Positions 1 to 9,334 of a stretch of 64,000 nucleotides of DNA are shown here, piece by piece. Below the pieces are notes generated by a model, which saw only the letters and a list, made by a program, of their open reading frames with translations, ran no database searches and was not told the DNA's origin. This stretch comes from Bacteroidia bacterium (GTDB taxonomy: Bacteria > Bacteroidota > Bacteroidia > Cytophagales > Cyclobacteriaceae), in NCBI GenBank assembly GCA_043785125.1, contig JAYVXP010000212.1:923-64922 (forward strand), given 5' to 3'. Within the stretch, counting starts at the first letter, position 1, and each line of letters opens with the position of its first letter. A program made the translations under genes and the position numbers.

Positions 1-311
1 TGGCGTTGCGGTTGAGTAGAAAAGGTTATTTGACCTATCTCGTTCCGGGTGCAAAGTATCAACACTTTGTCAGCAAGAGTACGGAAAAAGACAAGGCTAT
101 AAATTTGGTGTTCCTGAAGGAATTTTATATTTCTTTTCTTTATTTCTACCGCAAAAACTATGGCGTCATTACCTGTTTAGCAATTCAACTCCTTTATTTC
201 TTTAAAATGGTTAAGAAGTTTTATAAGAATTGGGACTATGTGAAACTTGCTTTCTTTATTCTTGGGGGCGCCCACCGGAAACACAGTTTACGCTTCATAC
301 AGAAAATGGAC

Positions 312-340
312 CAGGATTTATAGGATTTAGGTTAGCAGGA
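312..340 (+). repeat. GGATT periodic array (AGGAT at 313 and 322, AGGAA at 337)
   Basis: CAGGATTTATAGGATTTAGGTTAGCAGGA with 9-nt spacing of the first two units. Confidence 0.7.
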
Positions 341-423
341 AACCCTGATTCGTTGCGGTAAGTTGCTTTATTATTAAGTTCATTGTCCTAAAATACTGCC
401 CATTCCGACTTTTGTTGTTGGTT

Positions 424-449
424 AATCCTTAAAATCCCGTAAATCCTGA
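424..449 (-). repeat. GGATT periodic array, inverted relative to 312-340
   Basis: The plus strand reads AATCCTTAAAATCCCGTAAATCCTGA, three units at 9-nt spacing, ending 18 nt before the ECF sigma ATG. Confidence 0.7.
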
Positions 450-466
450 TTATTTTTGGAGCCTTT

Positions 467-1051
467 ATGGAAGAACCCCACCGTCAGAGTTATTCGGAAA
501 ATGAGAGAAATGAGATATTCAACAACGAATTTCTTCCACACATTCATTCGATGTACAATTTTGGGTATCGCCTCACCCTTGACCAGGATGATGCGAAAGA
601 CCTCGTACAAGACACCTATCTCAAAGCCTATCGCTTTATAGAATCATTCCAAAAGGGAACTAATGCCAAGGCCTGGCTGTTCCGCATTTTGAAAAACAGT
701 TTCATCAATGATTATCGCAAGAAGAGCAAGGAACCATCAAAAGTCGATTATCAGGAAGTAGAGACATACTACAATTCGGAAGATGTCGACCGCCAGATTA
801 CACCTGACTTACGGGTGGAGTCACTAAAAGACATGATTGGTGATGAAATTTCCAATGCGCTGAACGCTTTGGATGTTGATTTCAGAACGGTCATTATCCT
901 GTGTGATCTGGAGGGCTTTAAATATGAAGAGATGGCCAAGATTCTGGATATTCCCATCGGAACTGTGAGGAGCCGATTGCATCGGGCGCGGCAGTTGTTA
1001 AAGGAGAAATTGAGCGAATACGCCAAAGAAATGGGTTATAAAAATACGTAA
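467..1051 (+). CDS. RNA polymerase sigma-70 factor, ECF subfamily
   Basis: 194-aa ORF with ATG start. Sigma region 2 (DAKDLVQDTYLKAYRF) and region 4 HTH (YEEMAKILDIPIGTVRSRLHRARQLL). Confidence 0.9.
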   Translation: MEEPHRQSYSENERNEIFNNEFLPHIHSMYNFGYRLTLDQDDAKDLVQDTYLKAYRFIESFQKGTNAKAWLFRILKNSFINDYRKKSKEPSKVDYQEVETYYNSEDVDRQITPDLRVESLKDMIGDEISNALNALDVDFRTVIILCDLEGFKYEEMAKILDIPIGTVRSRLHRARQLLKEKLSEYAKEMGYKNT

Positions 1052-1055
1052 GCTT

Positions 1056-1325
1056 ATGAGCCAACAATCCAACCCCTTCATTTACTCCGATGGCACCAAG
1101 CCCTCTTGCATGCAAATGCTGCAAATCATTATGGATGGAGAAGCTACCACGGGTCAAAAGGAATACTTCAGGCATCACATGGATAAATGCATGCCATGTT
1201 TCAAAACCTACGAGGTTGATATGACCATCAAAGAAATGCTGAGAATTAAATGCTGCGGCGATGAAATACCAAAAGAATTGGTCGAGCAACTGAAGAACCA
1301 GATAAAACAGAAAATAGCTTCCTGA
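1056..1325 (+). CDS. Zinc-binding (ZAS-type, H-x3-C-x2-C) anti-sigma factor, soluble
   Basis: 89-aa ORF starting 5 nt after the sigma gene. Motif HHMDKCMPC fits H-x3-C-x2-C. No transmembrane segment. Confidence 0.7.
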   Translation: MSQQSNPFIYSDGTKPSCMQMLQIIMDGEATTGQKEYFRHHMDKCMPCFKTYEVDMTIKEMLRIKCCGDEIPKELVEQLKNQIKQKIAS

Positions 1326-1894
1326 TGTCTGGCAAGGCGCTGATCTTCTCTGCCCCTTCCGGCTCTGGAAAGACCACGATCGTAAAACACCTCCTGCAAA
1401 ATAACCCCGAACTTGGATTTTCAATTTCTGCCTCTACCCGCGATAAGCGAGGGCGGATAGAACAGAATGGCAAGGACTATTATTTTCTCAGCCCTGCAGA
1501 GTTCAAAAAAAAAATTGATAACGATGCCTTTATCGAATGGGAAGAAGTGTATGAAGGAAATTTCTATGGAACGCTCAAATCTGAAATTGAACGCATATGG
1601 GGCGAAGGGAAGAATGTAGTCTTTGACGTGGATGTTAAAGGCGGGATCAATCTAAAGAAATATTTTGGAGACAAAGGGCTGGCGGTTTTTGTAAAAGTTC
1701 CGTCGCTGGAAGCCTTGCAGGCAAGACTTCAGGATAGGGGGACCGAAACCCCGGAAAGTTTATCCCGCCGGCTGTTTAAAGCTCAGTTTGAAACGACGTT
1801 TCAGGATAAGTTTGATGTCGTTTTGCTGAACGAAGATTTGAAACAATCGCAGGCCGAGGCGCAGCGGTTGTATGATGAATTTAAGAAAAGGTGA
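1325..1894 (+). CDS. gmk: Guanylate kinase
   Basis: P-loop APSGSGKTT and [20 protein letters not shown]. The ATG overlaps the anti-sigma stop (TGATG). Confidence 0.95.
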   Translation: MSGKALIFSAPSGSGKTTIVKHLLQNNPELGFSISASTRDKRGRIEQNGKDYYFLSPAEFKKKIDNDAFIEWEEVYEGNFYGTLKSEIERIWGEGKNVVFDVDVKGGINLKKYFGDKGLAVFVKVPSLEALQARLQDRGTETPESLSRRLFKAQFETTFQDKFDVVLLNEDLKQSQAEAQRLYDEFKKR

Positions 1895-2463
1895 AAATCG
1901 GGCTCTTCTTCGGTTCTTTCAACCCCATCCACATTGGGCACATGATTATTGCCAATGTCATGGCAGAGAATGCAGACCTCAATAAAGTCTGGTTTGTTGT
2001 TTCACCTCAAAATCCGCTCAAGCCTAGCAAAGGACTTTTGCATGAGTTTGATCGGTATGACCTTGTCAAGGCAGCAATTGCTGATAATTTCAAGCTCGAA
2101 GTTTCAGATGTAGAATTCCATTTGCCCAAGCCCAGTTATACCATTCATACCCTTGCGCACCTCAGCGAAAAGCATCCCGGAAAGGAATTCAAACTAATTC
2201 TTGGTGAAGATAATCTGGCAAATTTCAGCCAATGGAAAAACCATGAGCAGATCCTGGAACAATATGGCTTGTATGTTTACCCCAGGCCACATGTAACAAA
2301 TTCAGATTTGAGACGTCATCCACATGTGACCATGATCGATGCGCCTCTGCTGGATATTTCAGCCACCTATATCCGGAATTGTGTAAAAAACAATAAATCA
2401 ATACGCTACCTCGTTCCAGAAGCTGTGGACAATATGATCCAAACAAAGCAGTTTTACCGTTAA
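1891..2463 (+). CDS. nadD: Nicotinate-nucleotide adenylyltransferase
   Basis: [14 protein letters not shown] (H-x-G-H nucleotidyltransferase motif) and ISATYIR. The GTG start overlaps the gmk stop (GTGA). Confidence 0.9.
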   Translation: MKIGLFFGSFNPIHIGHMIIANVMAENADLNKVWFVVSPQNPLKPSKGLLHEFDRYDLVKAAIADNFKLEVSDVEFHLPKPSYTIHTLAHLSEKHPGKEFKLILGEDNLANFSQWKNHEQILEQYGLYVYPRPHVTNSDLRRHPHVTMIDAPLLDISATYIRNCVKNNKSIRYLVPEAVDNMIQTKQFYR

Positions 2464-2512
2464 CCATAGATGTGACAACTTTTGTGTATTCCATCACGAT
2501 AGGGAGAGGAAA

Positions 2513-5188
2513 ATGAATTTGATTTCAAGGCCAAAGCAAACTCCGTTATTCAGAACAAGAAACTTGATTTCGGCGATGGCCCTTGTGGTTTGCGTCAATG
2601 CTGCTGCCTTGTCCGGCGGAATACGAGGGATCATCAAGGCACAAGATGGTAGCGCTTTGGGTTATGCCACCCTTTATGTAAAACAAACCGGCACAGGGGT
2701 CATCAGCGATCTACAGGGGCATTATGATGTAACGCTCCCGCCGGGACTGTATGACATCGTCTTTCAGTATCTCGGGTACGAAACAGTTTCCCGAAAAGTA
2801 GAAATAGGAAAAGACTTTTTGGAGCTGGATATCACCCTGAAGATTCAGGTAATGCTGCTGCCCAGTGTGACGGTAAAAGCGGATCAGGAAGACCCGGCGT
2901 ACACCATCATGCGCAAGGCCATTGCCAAAGCGAATTATCATATTCAGCAGATTGACAAGTACGCTGCCAAAGTTTACATGAAAGGAAAGGGAAAGCTCAC
3001 AGATTATCCGTGGCTTGCAAAAAGGACTCTCGAGAAGGAAGGCATTACCAAAGACCGGTTATTTATTTCCGAATCGGTAAGCGAAATAAAATATACGCGC
3101 CCAAACAAGTTTGAAGAGAAAGTCATTGCCGTGTACACGAGTGGAAAGGACCGCAATACGGCGTCACCCAATGCCTATGTGTTTGGCAGCATCTATCAAC
3201 CTGAAATTGCGGAAACCATTTCACCTCTTTCACCAAAAGCATTTTCCTATTACCGCTTTGAGTACCTGGGCACATTTAAAGATCAGGAATATGATATCAG
3301 CAAAATCAAAGTCACACCCCGTTCGAAAGGTGACAATGTAATCGATGGTGTCATTTACATTGTCGAAGACTGGTGGAGCGTTCATAGCGTCGATTTTAAA
3401 GTCACCAAACTGGGGGTGAGTATGCAGGTCAAGCAGATTTACAATCCGATTGAAGGCAAAGCGTGGCTTCCCGTTTCACATCAGTTCAAAGCAGATGGTA
3501 AAGTGTTTGGGTTTGAATTTGAATTCAGCTACCTCGCCACGGTTAAAGACTACAAGATTACCCTTAACCCGGACTTGCCGCAGGAGGTGATTGTCATTGA
3601 TGAGAAAGTCGATAGGGAGGCAGCCAAACAAGTGAAAAGTAAGTTCAGCCAGAAAGGACAGCAATTGCAACAACGCTTGGAGAAAGGGAAAGAGGTGACC
3701 AATAAGGAATTGAAACAGCTGGTAAAAGAATATGAAAAGCAGGAGCGGAAACAAGAAAAACAGCCCGAAGTGATTTCTGAAACGAGTTTCAAAGTGGACT
3801 CAATGGCGTATAAAAAGGATTCAACTTTTTGGGCTGAAGTCCGAACAGCGCCACTGGACAAGGAGGAGATAAGAGGGTATAAGAAAAACGATAGCCTCTC
3901 GGAAGTGCAACGGAAAAGAGATGAAGGTGATTCGTTAAAGCCCTCCAAAAACAAGGGCTTCCAGGTTCTTGATCTCTTGCAAGGCGACCGGTACAAGATC
4001 GGCAAGAACTCAGACTTTGAAATCCACACACCGTTTGGCGGATATAATACCGTGGAGGGCTGGAACCTGATTTACAAAGTGAGTTATTATAAGCGTTGGG
4101 TAAAACGCGATTCTCTGGATATGAGCAAGCGCCCCGATGTAAAACGGCTGGAAATCACTCCGGTAGGTCGTTATGCGTTTTCACGCGATGTCTTTTCAGG
4201 CTTTTTGCGGACGGATTACCGCACCCGGAATACAAGACTTACCCTGGAGGGCGGGCGCTATATTCAGCAATATAATGACAACAATCCGATCCATCCTGTT
4301 GTTAATTCGCTGACAACACTTTTACTGGGAGACAATTTAATGAAGCTCTATGAAAGGGATTTTGTTGACCTGAAGTATCGCCAAAGGATCGATGAAAAAT
4401 ACACCATCACCTTAAGCCTTTCGTGGGCAAGACGCCATGAACTCTTTAACAACTCTAACTACACGGTTTTTAATATTAACAAAGATCAATTTACAAGCAA
4501 CAGACCAATAAACAATGAGCTGTCCAACACGGGCTTTGATCCCAATACGGCATTGATTGGGACCATCGGTTTTGAAGGAAGACCGTGGCAGAAATATTAC
4601 ATCCGCAATGGCCGTAAATTTCGCGCAGAAAATACATCACCACTTTTCACCCTTGACTACCGCAAAGGGTTTAATGGTGCGCTGGGAAGTAACGTGAAGT
4701 TTGATCAAATCGAAGTGGGGCTCAAACACGGTATTCGCATGGGCATCCGCGGCAAGCTTGATGTGGCTCTCAAGGCCGGAAAATTTCTGAATGCCGATAA
4801 ACTTTATTTTATGGACTACCAGCATTTTCTGGGCAACCGCACGCCCCTCGTGACTACTGATCCCGTGGGGAGTTTCCGCTTGTTGGATTATTATCGCTAT
4901 AGCACCAGCCAACAATATTTTACCGCCAATGTCCATTACCATTTTAGGAAGTTCCTGGTTACCACCATCCCTTATGCGAGACTACTGGGGATCACAGAAA
5001 ATATTTTTGTCAATTACCTTGCCACACCTACTTCCAAAAATTACACGGAAGTGGGCTATGGCATCGATGGTATTTTGCGCATATTCCGTCTTGAATTTGC
5101 AGCCGGATTTCGAGATGGCCGGTATGTTGATTATGGAGTCCGGCTTGGCGTTGCCACCAGCATCTCTGTGAATTTCAATGATAGATAG
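2513..5188 (+). CDS. Large outer-membrane protein with an N-terminal carboxypeptidase-regulatory-like domain (DUF5686-type)
   Basis: 891-aa ORF with a signal-like N-terminus. CarboxypepD_reg-like GIIKAQDGSALGYATLYVK..GHYDVTLPPGLYDIVFQYLGYE. C-terminal beta-barrel-like alternating pattern. Confidence 0.7.
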   Translation: MNLISRPKQTPLFRTRNLISAMALVVCVNAAALSGGIRGIIKAQDGSALGYATLYVKQTGTGVISDLQGHYDVTLPPGLYDIVFQYLGYETVSRKVEIGKDFLELDITLKIQVMLLPSVTVKADQEDPAYTIMRKAIAKANYHIQQIDKYAAKVYMKGKGKLTDYPWLAKRTLEKEGITKDRLFISESVSEIKYTRPNKFEEKVIAVYTSGKDRNTASPNAYVFGSIYQPEIAETISPLSPKAFSYYRFEYLGTFKDQEYDISKIKVTPRSKGDNVIDGVIYIVEDWWSVHSVDFKVTKLGVSMQVKQIYNPIEGKAWLPVSHQFKADGKVFGFEFEFSYLATVKDYKITLNPDLPQEVIVIDEKVDREAAKQVKSKFSQKGQQLQQRLEKGKEVTNKELKQLVKEYEKQERKQEKQPEVISETSFKVDSMAYKKDSTFWAEVRTAPLDKEEIRGYKKNDSLSEVQRKRDEGDSLKPSKNKGFQVLDLLQGDRYKIGKNSDFEIHTPFGGYNTVEGWNLIYKVSYYKRWVKRDSLDMSKRPDVKRLEITPVGRYAFSRDVFSGFLRTDYRTRNTRLTLEGGRYIQQYNDNNPIHPVVNSLTTLLLGDNLMKLYERDFVDLKYRQRIDEKYTITLSLSWARRHELFNNSNYTVFNINKDQFTSNRPINNELSNTGFDPNTALIGTIGFEGRPWQKYYIRNGRKFRAENTSPLFTLDYRKGFNGALGSNVKFDQIEVGLKHGIRMGIRGKLDVALKAGKFLNADKLYFMDYQHFLGNRTPLVTTDPVGSFRLLDYYRYSTSQQYFTANVHYHFRKFLVTTIPYARLLGITENIFVNYLATPTSKNYTEVGYGIDGILRIFRLEFAAGFRDGRYVDYGVRLGVATSISVNFNDR

Positions 5189-5255
5189 GGTTCGGTCCCC
5201 ACATCGGTTAAGGTTAATCGAATATTTCCGAACTTCGGCTTTCTTAAGTTAAACC

Positions 5256-6257
5256 ATGTCGCTTTCGGTCAATGATTTTATTCGTCTTCGTGAAGATCAT
5301 CCCATCGTGGACGTTCGCTCACAGGGCGAATTTGAATCCGGACATATTCGTGGAGCAATCAACATTCCGCTGCTGAACAATGACGAAAGGGTTGTGGTCG
5401 GTACAGCTTATAAAATGCAAGGTCAGAAAGAGGCGATTAAGGAAGGATTTCGCCTGGTGGGGCCGCGTCTACGAGACATCATTAACAAAACAGAAGAGGT
5501 ATCACGAGGTAAAGAGATTCTTGTTCATTGTTGGCGTGGAGGAATGCGTTCCAACAACTTCACCGAGTTCGTCAGGATGGCCGGCATCCGGTCGCAGGTG
5601 TTGGAAGGAGGTTATAAGGCGTATCGGCATAAGGCGATGGAATCGTTCTTGGCGCCTTTATCGATCGTCTTACTGGCGGGGTTTACCGGGAGTGGTAAAA
5701 GCGAGATATTACGCGCATTAAAAGTGCGTGGGGAACAGGTTTTGGATCTGGAGGCACTGGCCAACCACAAAGGTTCTGCCTTTGGCGGTCTTTTCATGCC
5801 ACCGCAGCCGACAACAGAACAATTTCAAAATGAATTATTTGAAGAAATTTTGAAATTGGATTTATCCAAACGCGTGTGGGTGGAAGATGAATCATTGGCT
5901 ATTGGAAAAATATTTTTGCCCGATAATTTTTGGTTGCGCATGAATCAAAGCCCACTTGTGCAAATGGAAGTTTCCAAAGAAATTCGGATCACCCGATTGG
6001 TGAAGGAATATGGTGATGCCGACCGAGAAATATTTTTGGAAATCATGGGAAGGATAACCAAAAAACTGGGTGGCCAGCATTTCCAGATGGCGAAAGAGAA
6101 ACTGTTGGTGGGTGACATGGCATCCACAATTGATATACTGCTTACCTATTATGACAAAGCATATCTTGAAAGCATGAATAGGAGAAGGAATAGACTTATC
6201 AAAACGATAGAATGGAACGGCGAAAGCGCGATTGATTTTACGCATCGTCTCATCTAA
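5256..6257 (+). CDS. selU: tRNA 2-selenouridine synthase
   Basis: Rhodanese active-site loop HCWRGGMRS followed by P-loop GFTGSGKS. Lies immediately upstream of selD. Confidence 0.85.
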   Translation: MSLSVNDFIRLREDHPIVDVRSQGEFESGHIRGAINIPLLNNDERVVVGTAYKMQGQKEAIKEGFRLVGPRLRDIINKTEEVSRGKEILVHCWRGGMRSNNFTEFVRMAGIRSQVLEGGYKAYRHKAMESFLAPLSIVLLAGFTGSGKSEILRALKVRGEQVLDLEALANHKGSAFGGLFMPPQPTTEQFQNELFEEILKLDLSKRVWVEDESLAIGKIFLPDNFWLRMNQSPLVQMEVSKEIRITRLVKEYGDADREIFLEIMGRITKKLGGQHFQMAKEKLLVGDMASTIDILLTYYDKAYLESMNRRRNRLIKTIEWNGESAIDFTHRLI

Positions 6258-6273
6258 ATTATTTGACTGATTT

Positions 6274-7305
6274 ATGGAACAAATCAAATTGACCCAATAT
6301 TCTCACGGTGCCGGTTGCGGTTGCAAGATTTCTCCCGCTGTTTTGGAGTCGATGCTTCATTCCAATTTGCCCAAAGCACAATTTGCAGCATTGTTGGTGG
6401 GCAACGAATCAAAGGACGATGCGGCTGTATTTGATTTGGGAGATGGCACTTGCATTATCAGCACCACCGATTTTTTTATGCCCATTGTTGATGACCCGTT
6501 TACGTTTGGTGCAATCGCTTCGGTGAATGCCATCAGCGATGTCTATGCGATGGGAGGGGAGCCTTTAATGGCGGTTGCGATATTGGGTTGGCCCATAGGT
6601 AAAATTGCCCCGGAAGTAGCCCGGGAAGTACTGGAGGGAAGCAGAAAAATCTGCGCTGAAGCTGGAATTCCGTTGGCAGGAGGGCACAGCATCGATTGTC
6701 CAGAACCGGTTTTTGGTTTGGCTGTAACGGGTAGCGTAAGAAAAGAACATCTCAAAAGAAACGATACGGCAAAGAAAGGCTCATCATTGTATCTCACAAA
6801 GCCGCTTGGCATCGGTATCATTACAACGGCGCAAAAAAGAGGCATTGTACAGGAGGAACATTTGAATAAAGCAATCGAGACCATGCTCACCCTAAATAAG
6901 CTGGGAGCAGAATTCGGCAAGCTTGCTTACGTCAACGCGCTAACCGATGTGACGGGCTTTGGTTTGCTTGGCCATTTGTGCGAAGTCTGTGAAGGGAGCG
7001 GTCTTTCGGCGGAAATAGAATTGATGAAAGTTTCCAAATTTGATTTTTTGGACGAATACATCCAGCAAAAATCCTTGCCGGGTGGTACGCAACGCAATTG
7101 GGAAAGTTATGGACATAAAATAAGCAGGTTGGGAGAATGGCAACGCGCTATTCTTGCTGACCCACAAACGAGCGGAGGATTGTTAGTATCCGTGGATGCC
7201 GGGAAAGAGTCTGAGTTTGAAAGTTTCGCAAACGACAACGGATACACGTTTAAACCTTTTGGAAAACTTCTGCAAAAAAACGATTTGGTCGTTAGGGTAA
7301 ACTAA
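6274..7305 (+). CDS. selD: Selenide, water dikinase (selenophosphate synthetase), Cys-type
   Basis: N-terminus LTQYSHGAGCGCKISP is almost identical to the canonical SelD active-site loop. AIR-synthase-like body. No in-frame TGA. Confidence 0.92.
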   Translation: MEQIKLTQYSHGAGCGCKISPAVLESMLHSNLPKAQFAALLVGNESKDDAAVFDLGDGTCIISTTDFFMPIVDDPFTFGAIASVNAISDVYAMGGEPLMAVAILGWPIGKIAPEVAREVLEGSRKICAEAGIPLAGGHSIDCPEPVFGLAVTGSVRKEHLKRNDTAKKGSSLYLTKPLGIGIITTAQKRGIVQEEHLNKAIETMLTLNKLGAEFGKLAYVNALTDVTGFGLLGHLCEVCEGSGLSAEIELMKVSKFDFLDEYIQQKSLPGGTQRNWESYGHKISRLGEWQRAILADPQTSGGLLVSVDAGKESEFESFANDNGYTFKPFGKLLQKNDLVVRVN

Positions 7306-7330
7306 GACTTGGTGCACGTGGGAGGCGAAG

Positions 7331-7750
7331 TTACTTCCCTAGTCGCTCCACTTTGTTTACAAAATATTTCGTTTCCCCACGCCAGGAAAATGCTCCGTAC
7401 CGCTTGATGAAGTACAAATTAACCCGCTCACCGCTTAAAGCGACTTCCTGCAATTCCTTGATCACCTCTGCCTGGTCTTTCTCCACTGAAAAATCAAAGG
7501 ACTCAGCAATAGGGCTGGCGCCCTTCAAGGCACCAAAAGTTTCGAGATTAAGTTTACCCTCAAAGGTTTTGAAAATAATCCCCTTTTCGCTTAGTCGTAA
7601 AACTTTACCCGCCATGACACCGCGTTCATACACGGCCCAATACATAAATGAAAATATACCGATCCCAATGATCAGGCCGAAGACCAAGACCCTGATCAAG
7701 ATCTTCCTGACCGTCTTTTTTGCTTTCTGTCCAAAACTTTCGGGTTCCAT
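7331..7750 (-). CDS. Hypothetical membrane-anchored protein
   Basis: 139-aa ORF with ATG start and one N-terminal TM helix (ILIRVLVFGLIIGIGIFSFMYWAV). No family recognised. Confidence 0.5.
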   Translation of the reverse strand: MEPESFGQKAKKTVRKILIRVLVFGLIIGIGIFSFMYWAVYERGVMAGKVLRLSEKGIIFKTFEGKLNLETFGALKGASPIAESFDFSVEKDQAEVIKELQEVALSGERVNLYFIKRYGAFSWRGETKYFVNKVERLGK

Positions 7751-7854
7751 TATTTTGCCATTTCATGCAAGTTAGTCAAAAACAAAACTATTGGGAGGGT
7801 GTTAATGATGGGATTTGATTGGGGTATGTGGTCTGCAAATAATTGGCTAATTAA

Positions 7855-8631
7855 TTAATTCGACAATTGCTGTGATCTCTTTTTAAGGCGGATATAAAAA
7901 TAGATCGACGCGCTAATAATCAGGAGAGAGACCACCTGCGAATTGGAGAGCAAGCTGCCAAAAACAAATCCTCGATCCAGGTCACCCCTGAAAAGTTCAA
8001 GCACCCCTCGACCTGTGGCATACGCAATCAGATAGATCAAAAACAACTGGCCGTCAAATTGTTTTCTATTCTTGAGGAGGAGAAGAACAATAAGAATCAA
8101 AAAAATAAATCCGGATTCATAAAGTTGTGTCGGGTACAAAGGAATATTTTTCGGTTCGGCCTGACATACCGGATCGGTGAACACCATGCCGAAAGAACTC
8201 AAAGATGGTTTACCATAACAACAGCCGGCCATAAAACAACCAATGCGTCCAAAACCATGGACAATGCATGTCACTGCAGCCATCACGTCCAACATGCCCA
8301 GCGTGGATATCTTGTGTTTCTTAAAGAACCACAGCATGGTAGGGATGGCAAAAATCAAGGATCCATAGAAAACAAATCCGCTACCGGAAAGTAACCGGAT
8401 GGGATAAGAGAGGTAATAGGAAGGATCTTCAAAGATCATGAAGAACTTTCCACCGATCACCCCCGCCAGCACTAGAAAAATGAAAAGGGTATTGCTCTGA
8501 TCGAAAGTCATTCCGAACAATTTCTTTCCCTGCCACGCCATGTACGAAAACCCCAACAACGCACCGACAGCAATACAAAAGCCATAACTGTAAATGGTAA
8601 TGGGGCCAGCTTCAAATAGGATGGGGTGCAT
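7855..8631 (-). CDS. lgt: Prolipoprotein diacylglyceryl transferase
   Basis: Polytopic membrane protein with HGFGRIGCFMAGCCYG and an Lgt-like N-terminus (ITIYSYGFCIAVGALLGF). Confidence 0.9.
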   Translation of the reverse strand: MHPILFEAGPITIYSYGFCIAVGALLGFSYMAWQGKKLFGMTFDQSNTLFIFLVLAGVIGGKFFMIFEDPSYYLSYPIRLLSGSGFVFYGSLIFAIPTMLWFFKKHKISTLGMLDVMAAVTCIVHGFGRIGCFMAGCCYGKPSLSSFGMVFTDPVCQAEPKNIPLYPTQLYESGFIFLILIVLLLLKNRKQFDGQLFLIYLIAYATGRGVLELFRGDLDRGFVFGSLLSNSQVVSLLIISASIYFYIRLKKRSQQLSN

Positions 8632-8634
8632 GAC

Positions 8635-8671
8635 CAGGATTTTTAGGATGGGGAGATAGGATTGCAGGATT
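8635..8671 (+). repeat. GGATT periodic array directly upstream of lgt
   Basis: AGGAT at 8636, 8645, 8658 and 8666, giving two dyads 22 nt apart. Begins 4 nt from the lgt start codon. Confidence 0.7.
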
Positions 8672-8746
8672 ACTATCTGTCAGCGTGGTGAGAGTCAGAT
8701 TCTGTTGATTTTCAAAGTTATCCCATGAATTGCGAAAGCCTTGAAT

Positions 8747-8766
8747 TCATCCTTGAATCCTGATTC
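8747..8766 (-). repeat. GGATT units, inverted relative to 8635-8671
   Basis: The plus strand reads TCATCCTTGAATCCTGATTC and overlaps the frr stop codon. Confidence 0.6.
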
Positions 8767-9319
8767 AGACCGTCATGATTTCAATTTCTTTTCTCTTCAT
8801 CAACGCATCCACTTTGTTGATGCTCTCATCGGTGAGTTTCTGCACTTGCTCTTCAGCGTCCAAGAGGTCGTCTTCCGCAGCGCCTTTGATTTTTTTCAAT
8901 GATTCATTGGTCTCCTTTCGTATTGCGCGGATGCCTACCTTGCCATGCTCACACTCTTGTCCCACTTGCTTTACGAGTTGTTTTCGTCTTTCTTCTGTCA
9001 ACATGGGAATATTGATGATTACGTGTTGACCGTCATTTTGCGGATTAAGCCCCAGATTGGCACCTAAAATCGCTTTTTCAATTTCCTGGATTAAACTCTT
9101 CTCCCATGGCTTAATAAATATCGTGCGGGCATCAGGTGTGTTCATCGACGACACCTGGTTAAGCGGGGTCATGACACCGTAGTATGATACCATGATGCCG
9201 TCCAGCATGGAAGGATTGGCTTTGCCGGCACGAATCTTGGTGAGCTCATGAGCGACATGATTGAGGGCCTTGTTCATCTGGTCCCTGGCTTCGTCCAGAA
9301 ATAATTCAATTTCTTCCAT
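8765..9319 (-). CDS. frr: Ribosome recycling factor
   Basis: 184 aa with full-length RRF-like sequence (KIRAGKANPSMLDGIMVSYYG..TPLNQVSS, LTEERRKQLVK). Confidence 0.95.
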   Translation of the reverse strand: MEEIELFLDEARDQMNKALNHVAHELTKIRAGKANPSMLDGIMVSYYGVMTPLNQVSSMNTPDARTIFIKPWEKSLIQEIEKAILGANLGLNPQNDGQHVIINIPMLTEERRKQLVKQVGQECEHGKVGIRAIRKETNESLKKIKGAAEDDLLDAEEQVQKLTDESINKVDALMKRKEIEIMTV

Positions 9320-9334
9320 TGATCAGTATTTAAA

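Noticed and set aside
6-323. 105-aa plus-strand ORF at the window start
   Set aside because: It has a TTG start, a low-complexity F/Y/K/L-rich sequence and no recognisable motif, and it sits in AT-rich DNA that ends in a GGATT array. It is most likely non-coding.
312-449. MITE or transposon interpretation of the inverted GGATT pairs (also 8635-8766)
   Set aside because: The 83-nt and 75-nt cores share no similarity in either orientation. No target-site duplication is visible and no transposase is present.
3476-4031. Antisense ORFs (92, 159 and 80 aa) inside the DUF5686-type gene
   Set aside because: They mirror a Lys/Glu-rich coiled-coil insertion of the sense protein. Their Phe/Leu/Ser-rich composition marks them as artefacts.
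6274-7305. Selenocysteine recoding in selD
   Set aside because: The ORF is continuous and the active-site position is a TGC/TGT-encoded Cys within GAGCGCK. No in-frame TGA is present.
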